A DNA stretch of 64,000 nucleotides from Isosphaeraceae bacterium (lineage in GTDB: Bacteria > Planctomycetota > Planctomycetia > Isosphaerales > Isosphaeraceae), in contig CBDAVP010000007.1 of the NCBI GenBank assembly GCA_965201075.1, positions 124,001 through 188,000 on the forward strand, written 5' to 3'. The notes below the pieces were generated by a model. It was not told the DNA's origin and made no database searches. It saw only the letters and a program-made list of their open reading frames with translations. Both the position numbers and the translations under genes were made by a program. Positions within the stretch are counted from its first letter, which is position 1. Every line of letters begins with the position of its first letter. Shown piece by piece: positions 21,513 through 31,647 of this stretch.

Positions 21513-23120
21513 TCACTCTCGCCGGATCGCCACCCACGCCAACAAACCGGCCAGGGCGAAGGGGACGAGAGTCACCAGCGCGACGCCCGCCAGGTGGCTT
21601 TCCACGCCGGTGTGCAGCAGTCCCCAAAGATATTTGGCCAGGGTCCGACACCCCGGCGGTTCGACAGGATGAGAGGCGGGCAACTCGCCCAGGGACAGAA
21701 CGAACGCCACTCCCCAGGCCGCTACCGATGCTCTAAGGGTCAGCGGCAGCGCCACATGGGCCACTTGCCCCGCATCGTCATATCCATCGAGCAGGGCCGC
21801 TTCCAGGTACGAGGTTGGAAGTTTGCGGATCACCGGCCAGAGGACGAGGAATGCGTAGGGAAACGTCCGCAAGGCGTAAGCGAAGGCCAGGATGACCGGC
21901 GTGTCATAAATCTCCGCGACGCTCCGGTAGGCCAGGACCAGGGCCATCCCCGCGACCGGCCCCGGAGTCGCCAGCGACAAAGCCACGACTGCCGCCGCGA
22001 CGCCTCGCCAGACGCTGGTCCCACGCGCCGCCCAGGCCAGCGGCCAGGCGACCGCCACGGCCAACGTCGCGCCCATCGCCGCCCAAAGACCGCTGGAGGG
22101 GAGGACGAAGTCGGGAGGGCCATAAACTTCGGCCGCGGCATGCTTCAGGGTTCCGACCAACCCCCAAAAGGACCAGTGAGGCGTAACCCCCGAGACAGCC
22201 GAACCCCCGAGTCGCCCCGCCCTCCAGATCAGACCGTACAGGGGCAATCCAACCAGTAACCCGACCGAGGTCGCGGCCAACGCCGAGGCCGGCCAACGCC
22301 AGCCGCCGAGCTTCCAGGTCCGGGGATCGTTCGACGGCGAGGGAAGCCGCTCGGGGTCGGCGTCGAGGAGCGTGCGAGCCATCGCGACAATGACGAGTCC
22401 CAGCACAATCAAGGGGGGAAGCGTCACCGCGGCGGTGGTTCCAGGCCCTTTTCCCAGCCCGAATTGCACGTAAGCTTCCTCGGCATAGGTCCGGACGACG
22501 AGGATGTCCGTCACCGTCATGTCGCCGGCCGTCAACACCGCGACGGCCAGCGCCGCGGCGATGATGGCTCCGACCGCCCTCCTCAGCGTGATTCGCATCG
22601 CCACCCGCCAACCAGGCAGGTCGACCAGGGCCGACTCTTCCAGCGAGGGCTCAACAGTTCGCAGGCCAACCCCCGCCAGCAGAATCACCCAGGGCAGCGC
22701 TGCCAGGGCATGAACGGCCGCCGCCCCCGGCCAGCCAACCAGCAGCGGCGCCCCCCCGATCACCTGCGACCGGCCGAGGTTGCCGAACGCTCCCACCCAG
22801 GCGGCGGCATGGAGCGGCATCGGTACAAACAGCGTCAGGGCCAGCAGTCCCAGCAGCGGACGCCGCCCTGGCAAGTCGGTCCGGACCAGCAGCAAGGCCA
22901 GCCCGACCCCGAGGGGAAGGGCCAACGCCTCGGCCCCCACGACCACCTTGGTCGTGTTCCATGCCAGTCCCAGGGGCCGGGCGATCTCCCACTCCTCGGC
23001 GGCCGAATCGCGGTCCCCAGCCTCTCGCCAGGCTTCCCTCAACGTCGCCAACATCGGCCAGCCCAGCAGCGTCACCAGGGCCAGCGACAGCCCAATCCGG
23101 CCCATCCCCATCCACCTCAT
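21513..23120 (-). CDS. ABC transporter permease (FbpB/ThiP-like, two EAA-loop repeats)
   Basis: 'RTDLPGRR', 'LEESALVD', 'LEAALLDG'; multiple TM segments. Confidence 0.85.
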   Translation of the reverse strand: MRWMGMGRIGLSLALVTLLGWPMLATLREAWREAGDRDSAAEEWEIARPLGLAWNTTKVVVGAEALALPLGVGLALLLVRTDLPGRRPLLGLLALTLFVPMPLHAAAWVGAFGNLGRSQVIGGAPLLVGWPGAAAVHALAALPWVILLAGVGLRTVEPSLEESALVDLPGWRVAMRITLRRAVGAIIAAALAVAVLTAGDMTVTDILVVRTYAEEAYVQFGLGKGPGTTAAVTLPPLIVLGLVIVAMARTLLDADPERLPSPSNDPRTWKLGGWRWPASALAATSVGLLVGLPLYGLIWRAGRLGGSAVSGVTPHWSFWGLVGTLKHAAAEVYGPPDFVLPSSGLWAAMGATLAVAVAWPLAWAARGTSVWRGVAAAVVALSLATPGPVAGMALVLAYRSVAEIYDTPVILAFAYALRTFPYAFLVLWPVIRKLPTSYLEAALLDGYDDAGQVAHVALPLTLRASVAAWGVAFVLSLGELPASHPVEPPGCRTLAKYLWGLLHTGVESHLAGVALVTLVPFALAGLLAWVAIRRE

Positions 23121-23941
23121 TCGCGGAGCCCCGCCTCTCGCATCAGGGCGGACGTCGACGCATACGCCTCGGCCACCCAGTCGACAATGCTGGCGGGGTC
23201 GGGGGCGAATTCCAGCTCCAGGGCGATCGTGAGTTCGTCGACATCCATTCCCTTCAACACCTTGAGATAAGCAGGGAAATCCACGACACCCCGGCCCGGC
23301 GGAAGGTCACCGTGGACCTTGCCGTCGCAGTCGGAGATGTGGACATGGCCGATCCGCCCCCGCAAGGCCTCCAACGACTCGGGCGGCTGGTGGGCCAACA
23401 CGAGATGCGAGAGATCGACGTTGGCCAGGACGTTGGGACGGCCGACGTCGTCGAGAAACCGGACCATTTTCGGCACATCGTTCAGCAGCGAGAGCGGAAA
23501 CGGCTCCAGTTCCAGCACCATCTTCAATCCCCGACGCTCGGCATCTTGCCCGAGGGATCGGACTGCCTCGACGGCCCAGCCCCACTGCTCGCCCGGCGGG
23601 AGAATCTCGCGGTTCCAGACGTATTCGCCCAGGACGACCAGGACGTTGCGGGCGCCCCACTCTCGGGCCAGTTCGAGATGGGCACGGACCCGATCGACAT
23701 GAAACCGCCGCACCGAGGCTCCCGGATCAATCAGCCCCAGAGCGACGCAAGGGACCGAGATAATCGGTAGTCCAGAGCGTTCGCATTCTTCGCGAATCAA
23801 AGTCCGCTCGGGCTCGTCGATCTCCAGGGGATCGGCGAAGATGTCGACGCAGTCGAAGCCAAGTTCCCGGGTCTTGCACAGGCCAAACGCGGTGTCGCGA
23901 CCCGCCTGAACCCACGTCGAATTGATCAGGCCGAGCTTCAT
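23117..23941 (-). CDS. Sugar phosphate isomerase/epimerase (TIM barrel, D-tagatose 3-epimerase-like)
   Basis: 'LELEP', 'NVDLSH', 'HVHISD', 'PGRG..DF', 'LELE'. ATGA overlap with the next gene. Confidence 0.85.
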   Translation of the reverse strand: MKLGLINSTWVQAGRDTAFGLCKTRELGFDCVDIFADPLEIDEPERTLIREECERSGLPIISVPCVALGLIDPGASVRRFHVDRVRAHLELAREWGARNVLVVLGEYVWNREILPPGEQWGWAVEAVRSLGQDAERRGLKMVLELEPFPLSLLNDVPKMVRFLDDVGRPNVLANVDLSHLVLAHQPPESLEALRGRIGHVHISDCDGKVHGDLPPGRGVVDFPAYLKVLKGMDVDELTIALELEFAPDPASIVDWVAEAYASTSALMREAGLRE

Positions 23942-24105
23942 GATCGCTTCTCCGGGATCAACGCCTCTCATCGAATAAGGTAACCGGCCAGGGCGTCGAA
24001 GGGGATGGGCCGCTCACGAGGGCGCAGGGCGTTCGCCAAAGGCTCAACCGTGAATCCGATCGGTTTCGTGGAAACCTCGTCCAACCGGCGAGGGGGGATG
24101 ATGCC

Positions 24106-25383
24106 ATGCGCGTACAAATCGTCCGGGCGATGGGGATCGCGGCAGTCCTGGGATCGGGGTCTGTCGCTTTCGCGGACGGGCCGAGAGGCAATCCCACCGA
24201 GGGAGAAGCGCTGTTCCTCCGGACCTGGACCGACCACGACCCCAGGGCCCACGGAGGCGACGGGTTGGGGCCGGTGTTCAACGCCCGGTCCTGCGTGTCT
24301 TGCCATTTCCGAGGCGGGATGGGAGGGTCGGGGACGGCCGGTCGGAACGTGGATTTCCTCTCGGCCACACGTGCCGACGGGACGGTCCTCAGCGATGAGG
24401 ATCGCGCCCCCCTGGCCCAGATCCATGAAGACTTCCGGTCGTCGCCCAGCGTCGTCGTTCATCAGTCCTCGACCGACCCTCGTTACGCGGAGTGGCGGGA
24501 CTTCTGGCTCAAGGCTCGCGCGAACGACGGCAAGATTCGGATCGGGTCGTTCGTGCTCAACTGGTCACAACGCAATAGCCCTCCCCTCTTTGGACTGGGG
24601 GCGATCGACGCGATTCCGGATTCCCAGATCCTGAATGCCGTTGCCGCATACCGAGGGCGCGGGCGGTTTCCGGAAATTCGAGGCCGCGTCCCCATGCTGC
24701 CCGACGGCCGGATCGGTCGGTTCGGCTGGAAGGCTCAGGTCGCAACCTTGGACGAGTTCATCCGGGCCGCCTGCGCTGGGGAACTCGGGTTGGAGGTTCC
24801 TGGCCGTTCCCAGTGGCAATCTCCCCGCCCCTCGCCGGCCATTCATTCCGCGCAGTTGGACATGACCGAAAGGGAGTGCGCCTCGCTTGTCGCCTTTGTC
24901 CGCTCGCTGCCCAGGCCAGTGCGGCAGCCAAGCTCGGCGGTCGAGACCACGATACGGGCGATCAGCGAGGGGGCCCGCCTGTTCAAGACGATCGGCTGCG
25001 CGTCCTGTCACCGGCCCAATTTCGCCGGGGTTTCAGGGATCTATAGTGACCTGATAGTCCACGAGATGGGGTCGTCGCTGAGCGATTCGGGCCTTTATTA
25101 TGAGACGAAGCGCTCCGAGGATCTCCTGGTCACGCCCGGAGAGTGGCGGACCCCGCCGCTTTGGGGAGTGGCCCAGTCTGCTCCCTACCTACACGACGGG
25201 CGGGCCGCGACGCTCGATGAGGCCATCCGCTTGCATGGCGGCGAGGCGTCTCCGACGGCTTCCCGCTATGTGGATCTGACCGATTGGCAGCGGGGCGGAC
25301 TCGAGGCGTTTCTCAAGACCCTGATCGCGCCCCCATCGACGACGTCCGAAACGCCCGACCTCCGTCTCGCCGGCCGGCGCTAG
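24106..25383 (+). CDS. Di-heme oxidoreductase family protein (DUF1111-like)
   Basis: Signal peptide, 'DGLGPVFNARSCVSCH', 'GRFGWKA', 'GCASCH', 'WRTPPLWG', 'YLHDGRA..LDEAI..HGGE'. Confidence 0.9.
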   Translation: MRVQIVRAMGIAAVLGSGSVAFADGPRGNPTEGEALFLRTWTDHDPRAHGGDGLGPVFNARSCVSCHFRGGMGGSGTAGRNVDFLSATRADGTVLSDEDRAPLAQIHEDFRSSPSVVVHQSSTDPRYAEWRDFWLKARANDGKIRIGSFVLNWSQRNSPPLFGLGAIDAIPDSQILNAVAAYRGRGRFPEIRGRVPMLPDGRIGRFGWKAQVATLDEFIRAACAGELGLEVPGRSQWQSPRPSPAIHSAQLDMTERECASLVAFVRSLPRPVRQPSSAVETTIRAISEGARLFKTIGCASCHRPNFAGVSGIYSDLIVHEMGSSLSDSGLYYETKRSEDLLVTPGEWRTPPLWGVAQSAPYLHDGRAATLDEAIRLHGGEASPTASRYVDLTDWQRGGLEAFLKTLIAPPSTTSETPDLRLAGRR

Positions 25384-25392
25384 GGGTTCTCG

Positions 25393-26211
25393 CTAGAGGG
25401 GTCGAAACCACCGATCGAATTCGGAATCGACCGCCCCGGACCGCACCGTCCGGGCGGCCCGAGCCACGGCCAACGCGGGGGCGAGCCCGCTCATCCCCGC
25501 GGCTCCCCACCGCCAGCCCGCGAGCCACGATGACGGCGCTCCCAGCGCAAGCCCGGCCAGGACCGTCAGCCCGATCAGGACGACGTGAGGCTCGCAAGCC
25601 TTGTAAGCGGGCCAGGTCAGCAAACCCCGACCCCGCCGAGGCCACGACGAGGCCGGCGCGGGTCGATCACCGGCCGAACAGCGAACCGTCAGCGGGCCTG
25701 CCTCTCGCTTCAATTTCTGGAAAAACGCCTTGTAGCGACAATCGTTATGCAGGCCGAGGAATAGCCACCCCGAGGCGATCAGGAACCCAGCCAACGACCA
25801 TCGAGGGTCGCCCGTCCGCACTGCCAGGCCGTACCCCAGGGCGAACCCCAGCGTCGACGCCGAGGCGTGATGCATCAAATAGTCGAAATAAACCCCGCCC
25901 AGGTTCGACGTTCCTCGCCAACGAGCGACCTGGCCATCAACATGGTCGAGCCAGAACGCCAGATGCGCCAGGACGACCCCGGCGACGAAGCCGAGGCGTG
26001 TCCCTCCGCCGATCGCCAACGCCGCGCCCAGGCTGGCCAGCAACGAAGCCGTTGTCACCTGATTCGCGGTCAGACCCATTCGCAGGGCCGCCCAGGTGCC
26101 ATAAATCGCCGAGGGCCGGCCGACCCGTCTCGCGAGCCAGTTGCCAACCTCTCGATGACGGGCCTTGTGGACCCTAGTCCGCAACTCGTCGAGAGTCGGA
26201 TGAGGACTCAT
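25393..26211 (-). CDS. CDP-alcohol phosphatidyltransferase family protein
   Basis: 'TANQVT' and 'LDHVDGQVARWRGTSNLGGVYFD' match D-x2-DG-x2-AR-x8-G-x3-D. Confidence 0.9.
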   Translation of the reverse strand: MSPHPTLDELRTRVHKARHREVGNWLARRVGRPSAIYGTWAALRMGLTANQVTTASLLASLGAALAIGGGTRLGFVAGVVLAHLAFWLDHVDGQVARWRGTSNLGGVYFDYLMHHASASTLGFALGYGLAVRTGDPRWSLAGFLIASGWLFLGLHNDCRYKAFFQKLKREAGPLTVRCSAGDRPAPASSWPRRGRGLLTWPAYKACEPHVVLIGLTVLAGLALGAPSSWLAGWRWGAAGMSGLAPALAVARAARTVRSGAVDSEFDRWFRPL

Positions 26212-28067
26212 CGGTTCGCCCCCGAAGCCAAGATCGAAGCCTCGCTCAGTCCGTAGATGGTGTAGCGACGCGTCACGCCATCGGGGTCGGTAATCGCCTC
26301 TTGATACAAAGGCTCTTGGCTCCCCAGCCAGGGGGCGAGTTTTCGCGAGAGGGTCGGGTCGAACTCGACGGCCGTTTCTGGCTCCGGCGGGCACAGCAAG
26401 AGATGAGTGAATCCCCGAACTCGGAGAATCTGAACCAACTCCTCGGCGGTTTCTCCGCTCTTCCCGAGCCCGGTCCGTCGTCGGTGGGCCAGTTCCATCG
26501 TATAGGGGCGAGGCAGGTAGAACCCGCGATGCTCCTGACCGATCAACCGCGCCTCGGCGGGCAGGTGTGTGTCGATCCAGCGACCCACCCGGTAAGTCGG
26601 CTCTCGACGGGTGAGATACGCCTCGGCCGATTCCCGTCCCAGGACGACCGACAGCCCGTGACGGGCCCGCACAGGGGCGAGGGCGGCCTCGACTCCCAGG
26701 ACCGCCAGAAAAAGACCAAAGAGCAGCCTGGCGGGTGGCGTCGACCGGTCTCGCCAGGCCGATGCCGCCCAGGCCACCCCGACGGCCATTGGCCCCGTGG
26801 CGATCAAAACGAACCGCATGCTCTGACGGACGCACACGCAGGCCGTCAGAAACACCCATCCCAGAGCCACGACCTCAAGTATCCGCCGGGGCGGACATAG
26901 GACCGCCAGGCCAGGGAGGAACAGCAGGAACGCCGGGCCGAACTGATGCGCCAGGCTGTCAAAACGGTCCGGGGCCAGGGTCATCGAGCCCAGCGCCGTC
27001 ACCACGTTCCAGGGGTTCACAGCCATCGGCAAACTGCCCGGGTCCAGAACCTCGTCGAGCCCCGCGCCTCCGAACGTGTGGCGAAAGAAGGGGAATACCG
27101 GGTTTCCCGTCGCCAGCCAGGCGCGACCATACCAGACTCCGCCAGAAAGCAGTGCGACCAGGGAAAAACTCGCGACCTCGCCGAGCGCCAGCCGTCGCCC
27201 GGGCTCGGTTTTCCATCGGTCGATGAGGACCGCGACCATCGCCAGGCCGAGCATCGCGCCCCAGACCAGCCCCGGATACTTGACGCCCATCGTGATCCCG
27301 GCCAGAAGCCCAGCGAGGGCCGCTGACCGCGCCGTGGGACCCGCTCGCCAGCAAAGCCAGGCATGAAGCGCCGCGTTGCCGAACGCGGCGAGGGCCACGT
27401 CGTTCAGCGGAGCGCCCATCCCGTTGGAAATGGCCGGGGTCAGCAACGCCAACGACGCCGCCCAGCCGGAGCGTTCCCTCAGCATGGGCCGAGCCAACGC
27501 CGCGACGTTGGCCGCGAAGATCAACCCCAGGGACCATTGCACCAATCGGCAGGCGACCGGCCCCCGCAAGGCCAGGGCAACCGCATAGAGCATCTCCGTC
27601 AGCAGTGGATAGATCGTCTCGTGCAGATCCGGAGCAAAACTCACTCGCCCTTCCTGGAGGAAGACCTTGGGGACCTGTAGGTGATAGCAAAGGGCATCGC
27701 CATCGGTCACGGGAGCCAGGGCGGTCAGCAAGGTCCCCACGACCCCGAGACCCATCGCCAGACCCACGAAACCTGGGCGTCGCGGCCCCATCAATCCTTC
27801 GCGGGCGAGTCTCGCCAACAGTCGAGGTCCACCGAAACCACCGAGTCCCGCCGCGACCGCGAGACCGCCCGCGATCGAGGCCCGACCCAGAATTCCCACC
27901 CCCCCCAATGCCAGCACACCTAGACCCATCAGCCCAAGGCCGACAGGCGCGGCCAGCGCGAATGCATCGAGGGGGTGGTCGGGCTCACCGCCGAGCCGGG
28001 CGACGACCCGCCTGCCCAGCCCGGTGGCAATGCCGATCAGGATCACCAGGAATACGAGGTCGAGCAT
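26208..28067 (-). CDS. Polytopic membrane protein, GT-C/ArnT-like glycosyltransferase
   Basis: 'DGDALCYHL', 'LND', 'GVKY', 'GNPVFPF'; more than 10 TM segments. Confidence 0.7.
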   Translation of the reverse strand: MLDLVFLVILIGIATGLGRRVVARLGGEPDHPLDAFALAAPVGLGLMGLGVLALGGVGILGRASIAGGLAVAAGLGGFGGPRLLARLAREGLMGPRRPGFVGLAMGLGVVGTLLTALAPVTDGDALCYHLQVPKVFLQEGRVSFAPDLHETIYPLLTEMLYAVALALRGPVACRLVQWSLGLIFAANVAALARPMLRERSGWAASLALLTPAISNGMGAPLNDVALAAFGNAALHAWLCWRAGPTARSAALAGLLAGITMGVKYPGLVWGAMLGLAMVAVLIDRWKTEPGRRLALGEVASFSLVALLSGGVWYGRAWLATGNPVFPFFRHTFGGAGLDEVLDPGSLPMAVNPWNVVTALGSMTLAPDRFDSLAHQFGPAFLLFLPGLAVLCPPRRILEVVALGWVFLTACVCVRQSMRFVLIATGPMAVGVAWAASAWRDRSTPPARLLFGLFLAVLGVEAALAPVRARHGLSVVLGRESAEAYLTRREPTYRVGRWIDTHLPAEARLIGQEHRGFYLPRPYTMELAHRRRTGLGKSGETAEELVQILRVRGFTHLLLCPPEPETAVEFDPTLSRKLAPWLGSQEPLYQEAITDPDGVTRRYTIYGLSEASILASGANR

Positions 28068-28097
28068 CCGTGCCCTTTTCTCCCAGGGAGTCGCGTC

Positions 28098-28592
28098 CTA
28101 GCCGGCCGGCTTGCGTTTCGAGGACCGCTCGCCAGTTGCGGGCCGATCATATCGTTCGCGATGCTCGGCCTTCATGCGGAGGTAGTCAGGGTCGTCCTTC
28201 GCCCTCGTCCAGGCCGCCTTGAATATGGCCGCGCTCTCGGCCTTCACCGGATCGTTGATGGTGGGCAGGACGGTCTGGCCATCCTCGGCATACTTCCGTC
28301 CCCCCTTGTGATTGGCGTACCGACGAGACCGGGTATAACCCATCTGGAGGAACTTCCTGGCCATGTCCATGCCCACGAAGTCGTCACGGTCTCGATAGTC
28401 GAGGAACAGCTTCAGAATCGCCTCGGCCGATTCGTGGGCCACCTCGGGCGTCTTGAATCGCCAGAAGGGCAGGATCTCGCTCTTGTACGGCTCGACCGAC
28501 AGAACTCCCTGCTCGCCGACGCCAATCTGGTACAGCTCGGGATGGGTCCGGAAGTCGAGAGCCTGGAAGTCGCGGTCATAGTCGAATTTCAT
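28098..28592 (-). CDS. DUF4385 family protein
   Basis: 'DFRTHPELYQIGVGEQGVLSVEPYKSEILPFWRFKT', 'GMDMARKFLQMGYTRSRRYANHKGGRKY'. Confidence 0.85.
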   Translation of the reverse strand: MKFDYDRDFQALDFRTHPELYQIGVGEQGVLSVEPYKSEILPFWRFKTPEVAHESAEAILKLFLDYRDRDDFVGMDMARKFLQMGYTRSRRYANHKGGRKYAEDGQTVLPTINDPVKAESAAIFKAAWTRAKDDPDYLRMKAEHRERYDRPATGERSSKRKPAG

Positions 28593-30139
28593 CGGGACGC
28601 CCGCCCTGGCCAACGGTCGAACAGTCCGCCCCAGCCGTGGAGAGTGCCCCAGATCCACAACGTCGGCGATCCCCAGGCCGCGACAGTTCCGCCCCGGACG
28701 ACCAGACCGACCCAACCCGGACCCGCCGCGGAGGAGGCGACCGACGCGACCCACGTGCCAACCGCCGCGAAGGCGAGCCAGGCGGAGACCCTTCCCAGAT
28801 GACCCAGCCAGCCGCCCAATCCGAGGCCCGGGAGGAAGGCGACGCCACTGGTAAACAACGACACAGCCGCATAGCCGACCGACATTCCGCCCGCGACCCC
28901 GGCGAGCCCCGCTTGGGTCGCCCCGATCGCGCCGGCGGCCGCGGCCACCGCCAGACCGGCCAGAGTCGCCAGGGCCAGTCGGTAGGGGTGGCCAATGGCG
29001 ATGAGCATCTGCCGGGCCGGCCAGGCCAGGCCCAGCAACACCGTCCCCGGCAGCAAGGGCCGAAGCGCCACCAGGCCCCCGGCGTATCGGGGCAAGGCCC
29101 AGCCGAGGAAATCCGGCCCAATCAGAAAGGCCACCGAGCCGCCCAGGGCCAAAATGGGCGCCAGGGATTCGGTCGTCCGGGCGGCCTGGCGGGCGACCGC
29201 CGAGGGGTCGTCCGTCCGCCCCAGGGTCGTCTGGTAATAGGTGTACATGACCACCGCGACCCGTCCCGACAGGTCGAGGCCCCATCCGGTCCCCATCAGG
29301 GCGATCGTGTAGAGGCCCAAGGCTTCCGCGCCATCAGGGACGTAGCGCAAGATCAATGGCTTGTCCAGATGAAGCACGACCCCAAAGGCCACGGTGTTGA
29401 CCAGGATCGGCAGGCCGGTCCTCATCAGCCGCCAGGTCGTTCCGGCGTCCCAGACCCAGCCAAACCGAAACGGGTTGCGGGCGTGCAGATACGCGACATT
29501 AAAGAGGTAGAGCAGCCCCACCACCAGCCAAAGACCCCAAAACCCCGCCAGCCCCAGGCACGCCACCGTGAAGACCGCCTGGAGGGTCGCGTCGATCACG
29601 GCGAGCTCGGTCGTCAGGACAAATTCCTGATGAGCCCTCAGGACGGCGATCAGCAGGGACTGATAGCGGTGCAAGATCGCCAGGACCGCCACGGCCACCA
29701 GGCTCGACGCCCAGGTCGTCGCCAGGGGATCGCGTCCGGTCCAGCGGTTGACCGTCGAGGCCACGACGAGGAGGCCGGCGGCGTAGATCAGACAGAGCAC
29801 GGTGGCGGCGGTGTACGCGACATCGGCTACGCGCTTCGCCTCGGTCTCTCGACCGGCCGCTCGAAGAATAGGAATCTCCTGGACCGCACCGAGGCCGGTG
29901 CCCAGGCTCGACCAGTTGGCGTAATCCAAGAGCACCCGGGCCGACGTGTAAACCCCCATGTGGGCCACGTCCAGGCCCCAGCCGATCGCCACCCTCGACC
30001 GCAGGAACAGCGACGTGAAGGTGCCGACGACCTGCTCGACCTGGCCGCCCAGGGTGACGACCAGGCTGTCGCGGACGGCTCGGCGGTCGTCGGACCTTGG
30101 CGAGGGAGTGGCAACCCGGCCGGCCGTCAACGTCGACAC
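28589..30139 (-). CDS. Polysaccharide flippase (Wzx/MOP superfamily)
   Basis: About 12-14 TM segments, with 'GLPIL...LDK.LI...LGLY' pattern; located in a glycosylation cluster. Confidence 0.75.
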   Translation of the reverse strand: MSTLTAGRVATPSPRSDDRRAVRDSLVVTLGGQVEQVVGTFTSLFLRSRVAIGWGLDVAHMGVYTSARVLLDYANWSSLGTGLGAVQEIPILRAAGRETEAKRVADVAYTAATVLCLIYAAGLLVVASTVNRWTGRDPLATTWASSLVAVAVLAILHRYQSLLIAVLRAHQEFVLTTELAVIDATLQAVFTVACLGLAGFWGLWLVVGLLYLFNVAYLHARNPFRFGWVWDAGTTWRLMRTGLPILVNTVAFGVVLHLDKPLILRYVPDGAEALGLYTIALMGTGWGLDLSGRVAVVMYTYYQTTLGRTDDPSAVARQAARTTESLAPILALGGSVAFLIGPDFLGWALPRYAGGLVALRPLLPGTVLLGLAWPARQMLIAIGHPYRLALATLAGLAVAAAAGAIGATQAGLAGVAGGMSVGYAAVSLFTSGVAFLPGLGLGGWLGHLGRVSAWLAFAAVGTWVASVASSAAGPGWVGLVVRGGTVAAWGSPTLWIWGTLHGWGGLFDRWPGRASR

Positions 30140-30927
30140 AGGTCGGCCACGCAGAATTGCGAGGCGGTTTGGTCCAAAATTTGCCCCGATTCGGCCAGGG
30201 AAATTTCCTGCTCTCGGTACCAGGCCGCGGTGTTGTATCCGTAACGGTTGTAGCTGGTGTCGGTGTCCTCGTTGTGGGCTGCCCAGCGTCGAGCCACTCG
30301 CACGACCTCTTGCCGCATCCGCTCGGCGACTGGTTGGGGGTTGTGCAGGATCACCGCCGAGGTCAGCACCAGGTCGAACGACCCATCCGCGAACGGCAGG
30401 CGACCACCGTCGGCCAGGGCGAACCCAACCCGTTCCAATCCGTCGAGGTAGGACCGCGATCTCGCCAGTTGCGAGGGGCTGAAATCGACCCCGACCATTG
30501 GCGCATCCCAGCGGGATCGAATCTCTCGGAGTTGCTTACCGTAGCCGCAGCCGACTTCCAGGATCGAGGTCGGCCGGTACGAGGCGACGCGCTCAGCGAT
30601 CCAACCGGCGCGTTCCGACCGGGCGGGCTGGCCTTCCTGCTCCCGGAAATACTCGTCGCCGCCGCGGAGCGTCCAGTAGTCGCGAGGGTCGGCGTAGATG
30701 AGCCGGCGTTTGAGGTCGGGCCAACGACCGAGGGCTCGTCGCAGCGACTTGTGCCAGGCATAACGGGCGCCGCGATCCCGCCAGGCGACCCAGGCTCTAG
30801 AGGGCAAGGGGGCGAGGCGTTCCACCGCGAGGCTCCAAAACGAGGTCCGGCGGATCGGGCGGGCGTCGCGTCGCCTCCTGAGGCCCGGGCGCGCCGGGAG
30901 TGTACGAGCGGCCCGCCGAAGGGTCAA
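30127..30927 (-). CDS. Class I SAM-dependent methyltransferase
   Basis: 'ILEVGCGYG', 'GVDFS', 'LPFADGSFDLV'. Confidence 0.9.
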   Translation of the reverse strand: MTLRRAARTLPARPGLRRRRDARPIRRTSFWSLAVERLAPLPSRAWVAWRDRGARYAWHKSLRRALGRWPDLKRRLIYADPRDYWTLRGGDEYFREQEGQPARSERAGWIAERVASYRPTSILEVGCGYGKQLREIRSRWDAPMVGVDFSPSQLARSRSYLDGLERVGFALADGGRLPFADGSFDLVLTSAVILHNPQPVAERMRQEVVRVARRWAAHNEDTDTSYNRYGYNTAAWYREQEISLAESGQILDQTASQFCVADLCRR

Positions 30928-31062
30928 GGGAAGCTGACGGACCGAGGTTTACGGGGCGGCTTGGTTCTTGACCGAGGGGAGTTTGCGGCCGGCCCTCGCC
31001 GTCCTATAATTCCGCCGGGACAGGTCACTCGCGACAGGTCGGCCGAAACGGGGGCATCGGTC

Positions 31063-31611
31063 ATGGGCGTCGAGTCAGGTCGGGTCAAGGTCTCCGACCT
31101 GGTCTTCCAGGTGTACCATCGGGCAATCCATCCCGACTGGTTCGCCGTCAAGGCCCATCAACGCGTCGCCCGGGGCCACTGGGAAGCCGACGTGCGAATC
31201 ATCGACCGAGGGCACGCGATCACCTGGCGATCCGGGGGCACCACCCTGACCGAAATTCTCGCGGGACCCGAAACCCCCCTGCCCGAAACGGGTCTGATCT
31301 GGGCGGCGCCGATTCGCCGCGACCGCAACGCGGCCTTGCATCCCCTCGGTGCCGAATACCAGGCGTGCATCGACGTCGAGCGGAGCGACCCCGAGGTCTT
31401 CCGCCACCTGGGAGACGAGCTGACCCTCGACGCCAGTCCCGGCGATCTGTTCCACCGCTTCACCCCCCGAGACCGACTGGCCCCCGCCCCCCTGAGTCGG
31501 CTCCACCTGGAAATCCGTCCGGGCGGCCTCGCCATCCAGGCCTTTCACACCTTCCCCGACGAACGCGCCGTGGTCCGGACCCAATGCCTCCTCGAAATCC
31601 GCCCCCGTTGA
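31063..31611 (+). CDS. DUF2617-like protein
   Basis: 'LVFQVYHRAIHPDWF...FHTFPDERAVVRTQ'. TATAAT at 31005-31010 upstream. Confidence 0.7.
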   Translation: MGVESGRVKVSDLVFQVYHRAIHPDWFAVKAHQRVARGHWEADVRIIDRGHAITWRSGGTTLTEILAGPETPLPETGLIWAAPIRRDRNAALHPLGAEYQACIDVERSDPEVFRHLGDELTLDASPGDLFHRFTPRDRLAPAPLSRLHLEIRPGGLAIQAFHTFPDERAVVRTQCLLEIRPR

Positions 31612-31647
31612 CCACGACTGACCTGTCTCGTAGGAAACCCCTCACCC

